Positions 1 through 13,430 of a DNA stretch of 64,000 nt are shown here, one piece after another. This stretch comes from Mobula hypostoma. Taxonomy: Eukaryota. The notes below the pieces were generated by a model. The model had not been told where the DNA came from. It made no database searches and worked only from the letters and a program-made list of their open reading frames with translations. Where the stretch lies: positions 68,138,001 through 68,202,000 of the forward strand of contig NC_086104.1 of assembly GCF_963921235.1 (NCBI RefSeq), given 5' to 3'. The translations under genes and the position numbers were made by a program. How positions within the stretch are numbered: the stretch's first letter is position 1; the number at the start of each line of letters is the position of its first letter.

Positions 1-1077
1 GACTACTGACCAAGTTAAGCACCCATGGTATTACAGGAAAGTTACCAACATGGTTAGAACATTGGCTGATTGGTAGAAGGCAGCCAGTGGGAATAAAAGG
101 CTGCCAGTGACTGGTGGTGTTCTGCAGGGGTCAGTGTTGGGATCACTTTTTATGCTGTATATCAATGATTTAGATGGTGGAATAGATGGCTTTGTTGCCA
201 AGTTTGCAAATGATACGAAGACTGCTGTTGAGGAAATAGGTAGGCTGCAGAAGGACTTAGACAGATTAGGAGAATGGGCAAGAGGGGACAATGAAATACA
301 ATGTCAGAAAATGCATGGTCATGCACTTTGGTAGTAGAAATAAATTTGCAGATTATTTTCTAAGCAGGGAGAAAATCCAAAAATCTGAGATGCAAAAGGA
401 CTTCAGAGTCCTTATGCAGAACCCTAAAGGTTAACTTGCAGGTAGAGTCAGAGATGAGGAAGGCAAGTGCAACGTCAGCATTCATTTCAAGAGGTCTAGA
501 ATACAAGAGCAGGGACGTGATGCTGAGGCTTTATAAGCACTGATGAGGCCTCACCTTAAGTATTGCGAAAAGTTTTGGGCTCCTCATCTATCAGTGCTAG
601 CATTGGAGAGGGTTTAGAGGAGGTTCACAAGGATGAATCTGGAAATGAAAAGGTTATCATATGAGGTACATTTTGATAGCTCTGGGTCTGTACTTGCTGG
701 AATTTAGAAAGATGAGGGGGTTTTCACTGAAACCTTTCAAATGATGAAAGGCCCAGATAGAGTAGATATGGAAAGGATGTTTCTCTTGGTGGGGGAGTCG
801 AGGACAGCCTCAGGATAGAGGAACATCCATTTAAAAAAGAGATGCAGAGAAAATTCTTTAGCCAGATGGTAGTGAATTTGTGGAATATATTACCACAGGC
901 AGCTGTGGAGGCCAGGTCATTGGGTGTATTTAAGGCAGAGCTTGATAGGTTCTTGATTGGACACAGCATCTAAGGTTATGGGGAGAAGGCTGGGGAGTGG
1001 GGCTGAGGAGAGGGAACAAAGAATCAGCCATGGTTGAACGGCAGAGCAAATTTGATGGGCTATCTGCTCCTATTTCT
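1..1077 (+). mobile_element. CR1 LINE 3' part (degenerate RT and 3' UTR)
   Basis: ORF 107-334 GVLQGSVLGSLFMLYINDLD...KFANDTK matches the CR1 RT PQGSVLGP/YINDL/FADD motifs; co-linear with the CR1 at 23398-24480; frameshifted. Confidence 0.9.
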
Positions 1078-2189
1078 TACGAGCAGCCTGAAGTGGCTGA
1101 CCTTCCTGTCCTTTGCCTCAACTCATTCTCAACAGGAGCCTCGACTGAGGGAGAGGAAGTATTCTCCTTCCTGCAGGACTTGTTGGCATCTTCCCTTACT
1201 ACCTGTGCACTTGGGGCAGGACTTACAGAGGTGGCTTGTGTCCCCACAAATTGCAATGCTTGGGGTCCTTGGTCTAGTGGTGTCCTGCTTGCAATTGGAA
1301 TCCTGCCCGGCTTTGCTGCAGTTATGACATACCCTAGCTTGTCGTGATTAAATGCAGAACTACAATTTCGAAATTGCAAATAAAAGCGGGTCGAGAGTCA
1401 ACCTTGCCCCCTCATTGACTTTCAGCTTGACCTTGACCTGTTCGCTTGTTAATCCAGATCGCCAAATGATCGAGGCTCCCTGCTCTTCCTCCCTAAGTAC
1501 ACCTGTGTCAGCAGTTCGCCAGTGGGAACGTGATGGTGGAGGGAGGGAAGATTAAACCTGTATACAGTCCTCAGTCAACGAATCGAGTCAGTCCCACCCC
1601 TCTTCGCAATTCTTTCTGTAGTTGCTGGAAATCAGCTACAAGTGCCAGAACTTTAGAAAAAAAACATATCTTGAGCACAAAGAATAAACTAGAGCGGTTA
1701 CAGCTGAATGACTCCCCTGCTAAGTAGCAAGTGGTTCACAGACACAGATTTCGACAATAAATTTACTTTGAACTTTGAGCTCTTCCAATCTTTCGAGCGA
1801 CGGGCCCATCAGAGGAAGTCCCGTCCGCTTATTTACATACCCAGAAAGCTTTGCATGGAGAGACTGGAATTTGGGGCTTATTGTCCATCCTTCAATGCCC
1901 TTAGTTTTTAAGTTGGTAATATATTTCTACATTAAAGAGGTCCCCACTGCATTAACATGATGATTAGGGCTGCTCGCTGTGATTTTAAAGTGGTAAGCCT
2001 AGTGTGACCTGAGCGTATCGGGCACATTATGATCAGTATACTCTGGTTTCTCTTCAGATCGTATAAATCTTTCGCCTTTTACTAAAGATTTCCGTGGAGA
2101 GGAACACTCAGAGTTTTAACCAATTTTTTGATGCCCTGCTCCGTGCGGGGCTTGTTTACAAGTGAAAAATAGAGTTCTGTGGCTATACC

Positions 2190-2485
2190 TTTTACTCATC
2201 TTCTGGGTGTTTCCCCCTTCCCTTGTCTTTCTCCCTGGACCTCCTGTCCCATGATCCTCTCATATCCCCTTTTCCAATCACCCGTCCAGCTCTTCCATCC
2301 CTCCCCCTCCTGTCTTCTCCTATCATTTTGGATCTCCCACTTTCAAATCTCTTACTCGCTCTTCCTTCAGGAAGTCCTGACGAAGGGTCTCGGCCTGAAA
2401 CGTCGACTGCACCTCTTCCTAGAGATGCTGCCTGGCCTTTGTGTGTGTTACTTGAATTTCCAGAATCTGCAGATTTCTTCACGTT
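2190..2485 (+). mobile_element. Penelope-like element 3'/pLTR fragment containing a hammerhead motif
   Basis: Pyrimidine-rich tract followed by AGTCCTGACGAAGGGTCTCGGCCTGAAACGTCGACT and the GATGCTGCCTGGCC...TTCCAGAATCTGCAGATTTC tail; the same tail follows the GIY-YIG remnant at 21627-24584. Confidence 0.75.
2373..2408 (+). ncRNA. Minimal type I hammerhead ribozyme motif (intact core)
   Basis: Stem I AGTC/GACT; CTGACGA 2377-2383; short stem II; GAAA 2397-2400; CG; TC cleavage site 2403-2404. Confidence 0.7.
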
Positions 2486-3329
2486 TGAGAATTTAGTTGT
2501 GGATTTGTTTGATTGTGATATGTTGCTGCTTCGTGTGTCGTTTGTAATATAAACTGTGTTGCACTGGAGAAAGTACATTTGAGTATGCATATGAATTCAA
2601 TCCTATGTCGGTGTGGTTTCGCCTACACACAGAGCAGTTTCAATGCCTTGAGTAGAGTGTGCGTAACTCCGAATGAGCAGATTAACCATTGAGAAATTAA
2701 AATGGGTGAATTTCTCAGGTCCTGATGCAGGATCTCTCTGCCCATAATATTTGCTGTTTATTCATTTCCCTGGATGCTCTCTGACCTGCTGAAAGTTCCT
2801 CTAGCATTTTGTGTGTTGCTCTGTAATTCCAGTACCTGCAGATTCTCTTGTGTTTATCAAAATCAGGATTATTATCACCAGCAAATGTTGTGAAATTTGT
2901 TAATTTAGCAGCAGCAGTTCAATGCAATACATAATATAGAAGAAAAAAACAAAATAATATTAATACATAAGTAAACCAATTACAGTATGTGTATATTGAA
3001 TAGATTTAAAAAATAGATGCAAAAAAAAAACCCAGAAATCATATATTTAAAAAGTGAGGTGGTGCCCAAGGGTTGATGGTCCATTTTGGAATCCGATGGC
3101 AGAGAGGAAGAAGCTGTTCCTGAATGGACGCTGTCATTCAGCTTGGTGAATGGCAGTAATTCACCATTAATTGGTTCCCACAGAGTCTGCCTGTGGCATA
3201 AGATCTTTGTGTGTTAGTGGGTGACTTTGCTCAGGTTCTTGCCCTCTGTTCAGCACCTACTATCCCTATCTTGCACAGATTGCTCCACAAACTCCCCTCC
3301 CCCCCCCCCCCCACACACACACACAATTG

Positions 3330-3560
3330 AGATACAAGAGAGACTACAGAGACTACAGATACTGGAAATCTTGAATAACACACAAAATGCTGCAGGAACT
3401 CAGAAAGTCAGGCAGCATCTATGGAGGGGAATAGACAAATGTTTCAGGCCAAGACCCTTCACCTCCTGATGAAAGATCTCAATCTGAAACATTTATTTAT
3501 TGTTTATAAGTTGTTCATTCCCCTCCAAATTTGCTTCCTGCATTGCTGAATTCCTCTCGT
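3330..3560. mobile_element. Old inverted pair of Penelope-like tails (degenerate hammerheads)
   Basis: Minus-strand GAAGGGTCTTGGCCTGAAACATT abuts plus-strand CTGATGA(3466)...GAAACATT(3486). Confidence 0.55.
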
Positions 3561-4209
3561 GCTATTGAGGGAATTGCAATATTCCATGGTATCCTGAAGC
3601 AAAGGGACAGAGAGAGTGCTTTAAAAATGTTAATTTGTCTTTTGCAGGTTGCAGAAAGAAGTTTCTTCAAATAGATGCCCTCAATGTTGTTTTTATTTCT
3701 ACTCTAATGAAGCAGACTGATGTTACTGTATTAGTTACTGTTGTCATTTGGGGCTAGTGTTGGTGACATTGAGCTGATGTTCTGCCCAACTCTAGACAAG
3801 TTTGCTGAGGAGACAACTGCATTTAATACTGAGTGAATAGCTGTCAACATTCACACTTGACGCACCATCGTACTCATCGTGTAAATGTACAGAGATTATT
3901 TGAGTAGATTGTTTGTTAGCATCTTCAAAACTTCTTAGAAAAATAATTATCTTTTTTTGACATTGCTGCTCCTCACTCCCTCTGCTGGATTTTTGTAGGA
4001 GATGCAAGGCATAAGGTTTCTGATGTATTTTGTTGAAGAAACATTAAGGTAATATTAAATTTTGAATAATTTTTAACCCAGCTGTAATATGTACTAGAAA
4101 ATCAAGAAAACAGAAGACACTATGAATCTGAAATAGAAATTGCTTCAACACCTTCGCAGGTCAGGTCAGACTGAAAGAGAAACAATTTGCATCTGCCAGA
4201 CCCAAAGCA

Positions 4210-4770
4210 AACAACCTCTCGCTCAGCACGAGCAGAACTAAAGAGCTGATAGATGGTTTCAGGAAGGGGTAGGTTAGCAAACATGCAGAGGTCTACACTG
4301 GGTGACCAACAACAGAGAGAATCAGCAGCTTTAAGTTCCTGGCTATAATCATACTGGATGACCTGTCCTGGGCCCAGCACATTGATTAAAATCATAAGGA
4401 ATGCGCAACAGTGTCTTTACTTTCTTCAGAGGAGAGGAGGCTCAGATTGTAAGCAAACACTAACAAACTTCTACAGATGTACTGTTGAAAATATCCTGAC
4501 TGGTTGCATCATGGTCTAGTATGGCAACTTAAATTCACAGTAACCTAAGAAGTGGCAGAGACTAGTGGTGTCAGCCCAATACATCACGGGCACATTCCTC
4601 CCCACCGTCAGCTGTAGATGCTGCCCCAAGAAAGTAACAGCTCCCATTAAAGATCCCCATCATCCAGGCCATGCCACCATTTTGCAGCTACCTTCAGGCA
4701 GGAGTATGGAAGTCCCACACCCTTCAAATATTCAGTTCATGATCCAGCCAGCAAAACCCTAAACACCGAG
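4210..4770 (+). mobile_element. Rex1/Babar-type LINE 3' fragment
   Basis: Similar to 63070-64000 (TKELIVDFR, LTNFYRCTVE.ILTGCI.VWYG, IKDPHHPGHA motifs), decayed. Confidence 0.7.
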
Positions 4771-5669
4771 GTTTAGCAACACTGTACTGAGGAACACCAC
4801 AGGACGGGCCAGTGTTCAGCTTGCTGCTCGCCGAGGTTTATTCGTCTCTGAGCTGAACTGAGGCTGCGGCCTGCAACTAACCGGCTCCCGGACCGGCTGC
4901 TGCGATCAACTGGCTTCGTGGCTGTGGACTCGCCTTCGTGAACTTTAGTTTGGAGTGTTATTTGTTTACTTTTTATTGTTTGCATGATTTGTTCTTTCTG
5001 TTTGTACAATGGGTGTTTGATTGTCTTTTTTTAAATGGGTTCTATTGGGTTACTTTGTTTTTGTGGCTGCCTGTAAGAAGACGAATTTCAAGGTCATTGA
5101 TAGTATATATACTTTGATTTTTAAAAATGCACTTTGAACTTTGAATACTATGATCACTTTGCACTAAATGGACCTCGTTTTTCTGTTGTAATTCTGTTCT
5201 TTTTCATTAAAAAATTGCACAGAAATTACATTTATGTTTTTCTTCTGAATGTTGCTTATTTGATGCCTTGTGCCTATGATGCTTCTACATTACACTGCAC
5301 CTGTGCACATGACAATAAACTCCATCTGGTTTGACTGAAACCTTTTGCCAAAGGGAGGATGTGGCCGTTTAGTACTTCAAGCCTCGCTGTTCCTTTCTGT
5401 GCCTTGTAGCGCATCGGGTGGCAACTTTGCCATTTCTTCCGCATTTTTGTCAGCTTTTTTAATGAAGCCAAGTTGCTAGCATTGCCCATGAGGGTACAGC
5501 ATTCTCTGCGTGAAGACTGCTCCAAGCCAGAGAAAGAAACAGCAGAGATGATAAATGAATAAAACATAAATATATTCTTTTGAATAAGGGGATGAGCTGT
5601 TAAATGTAGAAAAAGATTAAAGGGAAAAGCAACATACAATTTGGGAGCATAGGTGAGAGCATGAAAGGT

Positions 5670-6580
5670 ATTGGTATTGGCATTGGTTTATTATTATCAC
5701 ATGTACCAAAATATAATGAAAAGTTTGTCTTGCATGCCTTTTATACAGATCAAATCATTACACAAAGCACTGTGCTAGTGTAATGTGCTGTAATGGCTTC
5801 TCTGTAATGTTTCACTGCTAAGGCTAATGAAATGGCTTCTCTGTAATATTCACTGCTAAGGTAACAGTTTCTCTGTAGCAGCAATGTTTGGGTTATGGCT
5901 GGAGATAACAGGTTATGCATGTTAGCCAATCAGGATTTTGTTGCTCTGTCTTGTGAATCTGGAAGGAGTTTTTTTGTGGGCTTTTGCCGGGGAGAGATGA
6001 GGAGAGAGTTGGTAGATCGCCGGACGGGGTGGACTCGGAGCGAGGGTCCGGAAGAGGTCAATGGTGAATGATTGGCTTATCTGTGAGCTCCAACTTTGTG
6101 CAACAGACTGTTTAATAAGATTGGGCCCTTTTTTTCTTTTCTTTTATTTCTCTACTAACCATATAGTCAAAGTAAGAATTATAATCTTAATTGTTTAATC
6201 GTTTATTGTGTACTGTTTGTTATTTCGGGTACTGATTTGTAACAGGGGACACATCGTGCAGCAACCACCCAAACAAGATTTCTTAAGTTTGGCCAGGCTG
6301 GGGGTTATCACCCCCTATATTAAGTCGCTAGCCGAAATGAGAGTTACACTAGAATAAGGTAAAACCTTAACAATGCAGAATAAAGAGTAAAAGTTATTGA
6401 AAAAGTGCAGTGCAGATAAACGATAAAGTGTAAGATCATAACGAGGTTGACTGTGGAGCCAGCAGTTCTTTTTATCGTAAAAGTAGTCCATTCAAAAGTT
6501 TGATAACAGTGGGATAGAAGCTATCCTTGAGCCTGGTGGGACGAGCTTTCAGACTTTTGTATCTTCTGCCCGATGGGACA
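5670..6580 (-). mobile_element. Rex1/Babar-type LINE 3' tail interrupted by a solo LTR
   Basis: TTTATT with (TTGGTA)-like tail at the left end; similar to 21140-21626; continuous once 5779-6348 is removed. Confidence 0.6.
5779..6348 (+). mobile_element. Solo LTR (TG...CA), 4-bp TSD CTAG
   Basis: TGTAAT...GTTACA termini; CTAG at 5775-5778 and 6349-6352; homologous to 38817-39393. Confidence 0.85.
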
Positions 6581-7049
6581 GGAAAGATTAGAATAGAACC
6601 TTGAAGAAAATCTCCAGTGAACAAACACAGCTAGGAAAGAAACTTGTACCAACGTCAGTCACTCAGAAGGTGAGACTCTGAATGTGATGTACTCCTTGAG
6701 GAGACCTTTCCTGTCATGGGCTTAAAATCTTCTTTTGAGTTTAGAACTTCACAGTCAGCAAACCCAATACCATCACACTGATTATGTTTCTGTCTCTTAC
6801 TTTTTGGTTTCTCCTCATTGGGGTATGAAGTTCTGGAGTTTAGAAAGGGATTTTGTTGGTGTTGTTGCCTCTTCAGTGAATATTTCTCAAATGATACTGC
6901 TGGGATTTGATTGTATTCTTCTACTGGGAATAACAAAAATGTAGTGTGAAATTTGACATGGTTTCAAATACTCATGATACGCAGCAATGCAACCCACAGA
7001 AACAAACATTTAACATCCCTGGGTTAACAGTGGGTGTGGGATGAGGATG

Positions 7050-7282
7050 GGCACTGTGGCATAGCGATTAGTGTAGTGTCAAGCTTTACAGCACCAGCGA
7101 TGCAGGTTCAATTCCCACTGCTGCCTGTAATGAGTCTGTACATTCTCCGTGTCCCTGAGTGGGTTTCTTCTCACATTCCCAAGTATGGGTTAGTAGGTTA
7201 ATTGGTCACTTGGGTGTATGTAGGTGCTGTGGGCCCATTGAACTGGAAGGGCCTGTTACTGTACTCTGTCTCTGAATAAATT
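7050..7282 (+). mobile_element. tRNA-derived V-SINE-like element
   Basis: A-box-like TGGCATAGCGATTAG, B-box GGTTCAATTCC, V-domain-like TGTACATTCTCC...GTGGGTTTC, LINE-like tail ending in AATAAA. Confidence 0.6.
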
Positions 7283-8664
7283 ATTCAGCCATCTACACCT
7301 GCTACTCGATACTTCAGAAGGCCACAGTAATGGATAATTGGAGGAACAAATTCAAAAATTGTTAGTGTAAAGATGGATAAAATTATTGATTTCACTTCGA
7401 TTTTTAAAATGATTGGTACAAAGGTAAATTATTGAGAGTATTTTTTATCTTGAACCTCAGGTATGAATCCAAACAAGTGGACACCCGAAACTTCAAATGG
7501 CCTTGTGATCAAATTTCAACGCTTTATGTAAATTATATTGGTTAAATACAATTAAGTGGGTAGTGGCTCCATATGTCACTACTACAGGGCGTGACAACCC
7601 TGCCTTACATGAGTCCTGGGCTCAGCTGGCTCAGGCTGACAGTACCCAGTATGGGCCCCTATCCAGGGTTACAGATCCCACTGCCTTGTGGGTATCTTCA
7701 GGAGAAGAGAAAGCTAAGGAGTAAACCCTACACAAATCCGGAGTGGAGCCCCTAAGGCGGTTGGATGACATATCACGTCACCTCCCGGCAGCTCCTGCAG
7801 CCAAGCTGATGCCAAATATACCGCGTCGCATTTCTTCGGACCACATCCGCGAGGCCGAGAGGGGGATCTTGATGTCCGGGCAGCCCAGGATCTCCATATT
7901 CTTTGCCCAGGTCTGTGCCCCGAGGGGCATCCATTGTCTACTTAGACAGACCGATCCATGATTGGTGAAATGTCCTAATTTTGAAAAGAGTTGGCAATTC
8001 AAAGATAACCTAAAAATTATTACTTTTAGTTTAGCAATTAACATCTTTCTTTTCCTACTCCTTCTTTGGTAGTGCCTCAAGATCAAGGGTTAACTTGCTT
8101 CCACTCTATCTGTGCAGTGACAATGCTGATGCGGAAACTACAGATTTCCAAAAAAAAAGGAAAAATCTGTTTGACTAAATGAAAAAAGGGGCCAGTGGTA
8201 AACTAGGTGCTTCTTCCTCTGGACTTCAATGTGCTTTTAATGCATGGACACAAGATTCAAAGGTTCATTTATTATCAAAGTACTGCATGTATCCATGTAC
8301 AACTCTGAGATTTGTCTTCTCTAGAAAGCCACAAAACAAAAAAAGAACATAAAAGTCTTTCAGATTGTGAGTATAATTCTAAATTCTGCCACTCTGCTTC
8401 GAGTGTTCATGGATTAGGGATTCCCAGAAGTAAGTAATGATGTTGCATTTTTCAAGGAGACTCAGAGAGCCTCCCTGATTTTGTTTCTCTATCCACCAGA
8501 TAATCTCTTCATATAACTTAGCTTGAAATAGAGTGTCTGTTTCAACTGAATGGTTTTGAATGACATGGTTTGTTTTATGTTTGTTTTACAGTTTAACTAC
8601 TTGAAAAATGAAATAAAATTAATGAATGGTGAAAAAAACACATAAGGAGAGTCAGTTACAGTGA

Positions 8665-10050
8665 TTTCAAAGTTCAAGTAATTTTATTAACAAAGTACAT
8701 ACAGTATATGTCACCTTATACTATCCTGAGATTCATTTTCTGGCAGGCATTCACAATAAATACAAAGAAACACGATAGAATCAATGAGAAACTGCACAAA
8801 ACAAATGTGCAAAAGACAACAAACTGCTAATACAAAAAATACAAACAAAATAATAATAATAAGTTAACAAGCAATAAATATCGAGAACATGAGATGAAGA
8901 TTCCTTGAAGGTGAGTCCACAGGCTATGGGGACAGATCAGTCGATTGCATTTGAGAGCAGTTATCCTCTCTAATTCACGAGTCTGATAATTGAGGGGTAA
9001 TAATTATTCCTGAATATGGTGGTGTGGGTCCTGAGGCTCCTGTACCTCCTTCCTGATGGCAACAGCAAAAAGAGAACATGGCCTGGATGGGTCCTTAATG
9101 ATGGATGCTGCTTTCTTGCTCTTTGTAGAGGTACTCAATGGTAGGGAGGGTTATATCTGTGATGGACTAGGCTGTGTCAACTACTGTTTGCAGGCTTCTC
9201 CATTCATTGACATTGATGTTTCCATACCAAACTGTGATGCAACCAGTCAATATACTCTCCATTGGGCATCTATAGAAGTTTGTCAAAGTTTTAGATGAGT
9301 TAGCAAATCTTTGTAAACCTCTGAGAAAGTAGAAGTGCATGACGTGCCTTCTTTGTAATGGGACTTGCATGCTGGTCCCAGGACGGATTGTCTGAAATGA
9401 TAGGAATTTCAAGTTGCAGACCCTTTCTCTCTCTCTGATCCCCTGATGGGAACTGTTCTCCTCCTGTAGTTAACAATCATCTCTTTGGTTTTGCTGACTT
9501 TGAGTGAGAGGTTGTTGTTCAGCAGATTTTCAATCTCCCTCCTATATGCTGATTTGTCACCACCTTTGGTCAATGACAGTGATTTCATCAGCAAATGAAA
9601 ATATGACATTGGAGCTGTGCTTAACCCCACAGTCGTAAGTATAAAGTGAGTAAGGCAGTGGGCTAAGCTCACAGCCTTGTGGTGCACCTGTGCTGATGGC
9701 GATTGTGGAGAAGTTATTGTCAACGCAAACTGACTGATATCTGCAAATTAGGAAATCGAGAATCCAGATGCACAAGGAGGCATTGAGACCTAGGTCTTGG
9801 AGCTTATTTGTTAGTTTTGAGGGGATGATAGTACTGAAAGCCGAGCTGTAGTCAATGAAGAACATCCTTAGGTATGTATCTTCACTGTCCAGGGGTTTCA
9901 GAGTTGAGAGAAGAGCCAATGAAATGGCATCTGCTGTGGACCTGGCAAACTGGAGTGAATCCAAGACACTTCTCAGGCAGGAGTTGATATGTTTCATTAT
10001 CAAATCCTCGTAAGTGCTACTGGGTGATGGTCATTGAGGTAGGTTACCAG
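8665..10050 (-). mobile_element. Rex1/Babar LINE RT fragment
   Basis: ORF 9557-10003 RSTADAIS...RMFFIDYSSAFSTIIP...[20 protein letters not shown]...FADE; ORF 9167-9412 LTNFYRC..ESILTGCITVWYGN. Confidence 0.9.
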
Positions 10051-11069
10051 GTTATGCAATACTGCAAGATATGCTTCAGGTCTGCAACCTGGATTCCACC
10101 AGTTAAGTCATAGCCAATGTAACCATAATAAGGACATGCTACAAACATTCAGGTCATTAGAGAGTGACAGCAGATAACACTTTGAGTTTGGAGCTGTTGC
10201 CAAAACTGGAAAATGTTGTAAGTGAACAGATTTTAACAGAAGCACCAAAATGGTAAAAGAGGAATTAAAACACAGTGAAAAAATGTAAGTGACTAAGGCA
10301 AAATAAGTACCATGTGATTGAAGACAATCATATAAAATTAAGTAGTATTTACAGTACATGACACAGAGAGGTAACTAACTGTGGCTGATGGTGTAATACA
10401 GTTTTACTGATCTGATCACAAAATAGCCATTTTCTCAGAATTTAACAGTTTTTTCAAGAATAAAACCTTGTATTTATGTAAGACCCTTACAGATTCAGAA
10501 CATCTTAGTGTTGCACAGTTCAAGTACTTTTGAATGTTTTGCCCTCAAGGAAATACAAGAGAATGGAACGGACCTCCAGAAACATTTTCACCTGAAAGCT
10601 GGTAGTTTGGACCATATTGCTGTGCATTAGTACCACTCTGAGTAGAAGTCTAGGTTTTCATGCACAAGTTTCTTGAGTTGGGCTTGAACTGCAAACCTTC
10701 TGACTCAGAGGTATCGGTTCCATCTACTGAAGCACAGTTCACACTTTGTAAATTCAGTGGAATTATGTGCTGCTCAGTTAATTTCACACATTACAAAATC
10801 CCCCAAAATCAAAATTACTCAGTGGCAGCCTGTTGTGCATAAATAAAATGTCACATTTCCTGTTGGTAACAGTGATGACACTTTCAAAGCATTTGTTTGG
10901 TTGTACTGTGCTTTGGGACATTCTGAAATTCAAAGAGGCCCAACAAAAACACAAGTATTTTTGAATGGAAAATAAAATTGGAAAGGATTTATTTGGCTGT
11001 GAAGTTAATGTAAATAGTCAAAATTACCCTCTCTATTCCTTAATTCTTTGATATTTATGATTATATCTC

Positions 11070-11460
11070 TGATTTAGATTATGAAGACACGCAGTCCTCT
11101 TTTATTGTCATTTAGTAATGCATGTATTAAGAAATGATAGAATATTTCCTCCGGTGTGATATCACAAAGCACAGGACAGACCAAGACTGAAAAAACTGAC
11201 AAAATTACATAATTAAAACATACAGTTACAAACAGTGCAACAATACCATAACTTGATGAAGAAGTCCATGAGCACAGTAAAAAGTTCAAAGTCTCTCAAA
11301 TGTCCCACATCTCACACAGACGGGAGAAGGAAGAAAAACTCTCCCTGCCATGCCCGACCACAATCCGTCTCTGAGTCATCCGAAAACTTCGAGCCTCTGA
11401 ATCAGCTCTCCAACACCGAGTACTGAGCGCCATCTCTGTCCGAACGATTCAACCTCAATT
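11070..11460 (-). mobile_element. Retroposon 3' end (SINE/LINE, family unassigned)
   Basis: Minus strand ends AATAAAAGAGGACTGCGTGTCTTCATAATCTAAATC (polyA signal plus short tandem tail); CpGs retained. Confidence 0.45.
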
Positions 11461-12759
11461 TGATTTTCGTTAGGGACTAAATTAGTGTGACTTCTTTTGA
11501 GACCAACAATGGAGATGCCAGTGAGAAAAGTAAATTTTCACAAAAATTGACAGAGAACCAAAACACGCTTTGACATTAATAGTGCCCAACACTTTCATTT
11601 CTGAATCAAAGTACCAATCCATTCCTTCAAATCTTGGTAGTCAAGGAAACTTCCCTACAACTCGTGACTATCAGACCGTAATTTACTATCTTGACAAAAG
11701 AAGTGCTGGATTCCGGAGAAATGTTTTGGGAAAAGGTCTAAGGCAGGCATTATATACCTGAGGGTTTGGTGACCAGTCAGTTTCATTGAGCGTTTGTATT
11801 ATTTGTTGGTATACTTTCTTGAACTTTGCCTTTGAATCTTCATTTTGTGAGGACTAATGAAGGAACATGCTGTTCTTTCAGAAATCTGTTACAAGGTTTC
11901 CATGCCCAGTATTTTGTCTTCCAGGGCTGCAGTGGAGCACAAGATAGAGGGATTGGAAACCACATATAAAATCAAATAATCAAGTAATTTACATAAGTCA
12001 CTGCACAGACCTGGACCTTATTTTGGTTCACCAGTTAGGTGAAGCATCACACTAATAATGTTTGGACAGGGAGTGTGAATGAGTTACCTGAATTCAGGGG
12101 GCACCTGGACTCAAGCGATCCCAGGTGTCAGCTTTGAAGATCTAAGATTGATGGGCAGGTCATGGTGTCTCACTGTTTGGTGCTGGGGATGATAGTGTCA
12201 CTGCTTGATGGTTCCAGAGGTATGGTGGCTCCAGGCTTGGAAATCTCACAGCCAGATGTCCCTCGATGTCATGACCCCAGGACACTGATTTTTCCAAAGC
12301 TGACAATAGCAAGGTTTAGTGTTCCAAGGGTTGAAATGGATGCCAGAAGAATATTTTGTGCAGAGGTCTATTCCACGCCTCAGTAATTGTGGCTCCAACA
12401 ATCCTTAATAAGATTGACATCACCTACTCAATTGGCGCCTTCATCTGCCACCCCAAACATTCATTGCCTCCACTAGGGTGCAATTACTGCAGTGTATACC
12501 ATCAACAAAATCTACTGCAGTCACTTTTCTTGGCTGGAGACACAAGAGACTGCAGATACTGAAATCTGGAGCAACGAATAGTGGGTTGAGCAGAATCTGT
12601 GGAAGGAAAGGAAGGATGCAGCCCAAAACATTGTCAATTCCTTTCCTCCCACCGATGCTGCTCAACCCAGCCGATTGGTTGTTGCTCTGGTTGTCAAGGT
12701 CATCACTTTCAGTGCCCCTTTCAGATTAAAATCTTTGAACCAAGGGCAAGAGAAGACCT

Positions 12760-13430
12760 GGATTGAATAGTACGGGGGAAACTCATACTGGGTATCAGTT
12801 AGAAGGTTACTGATGACGAAATGTCACTTGACATCACCATCAACAATACCTCCGATCACTTTGCTGATGATCGGTCTTGCTCTCTGTGCATAGGACATAC
12901 CTGGGTGATTTTGGGTAGAAAACAGTGTTAGAACAGCACTGGAACAGCTTGGAAGAGCCTCAGCCAGTTCTGGAGGCAGGTCTTCTGCACTGCAGGAAGA
13001 ATGTTGCCTGATCCATTGCCTCTGCTGAATTCAGTGCTGTCAAATATTTCTTGCCTTCATCTGGAGTAAACTGAATGAGATGACTGACTCCCTTGTTGGC
13101 TTTTTTCTGCACAGGAAGCCAAGGTGATTCATGTACTCAGTACATTTGGCTGAACATGGCTACACATGCTTTGCCATGTCTTTATCAATCATATTACTGA
13201 GAATCTTGAACCCCAGCTTCATCCTTCCTGTAGCCACCACTGTTTATAGTCAGATGTGGTAGGATTGTAGAGCTTTGGTTATGAAAACACTTATCTTTCT
13301 TTATTGCATGCTGTTTTCCTGTTCAGCATGCATATTGTCTTATGTTGCAGCTGGCTGACAAAACCTTGTTTTTAAGTGTATCTAGTGCTGGTCTCAATAT
13401 GCCCTTCTGCATTTATCATTGAACAAGTGA
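12760..13430 (-). mobile_element. Ancient CR1-like LINE remnant
   Basis: Minus strand gives a decayed G.D.IPAV.KTC.PELA..L.KLFQ pre-RT motif. Confidence 0.5.

Noticed and set aside
7050-7130. tRNA gene
   Set aside because: The A/B-box head continues into a SINE body, with no complete cloverleaf or terminator.
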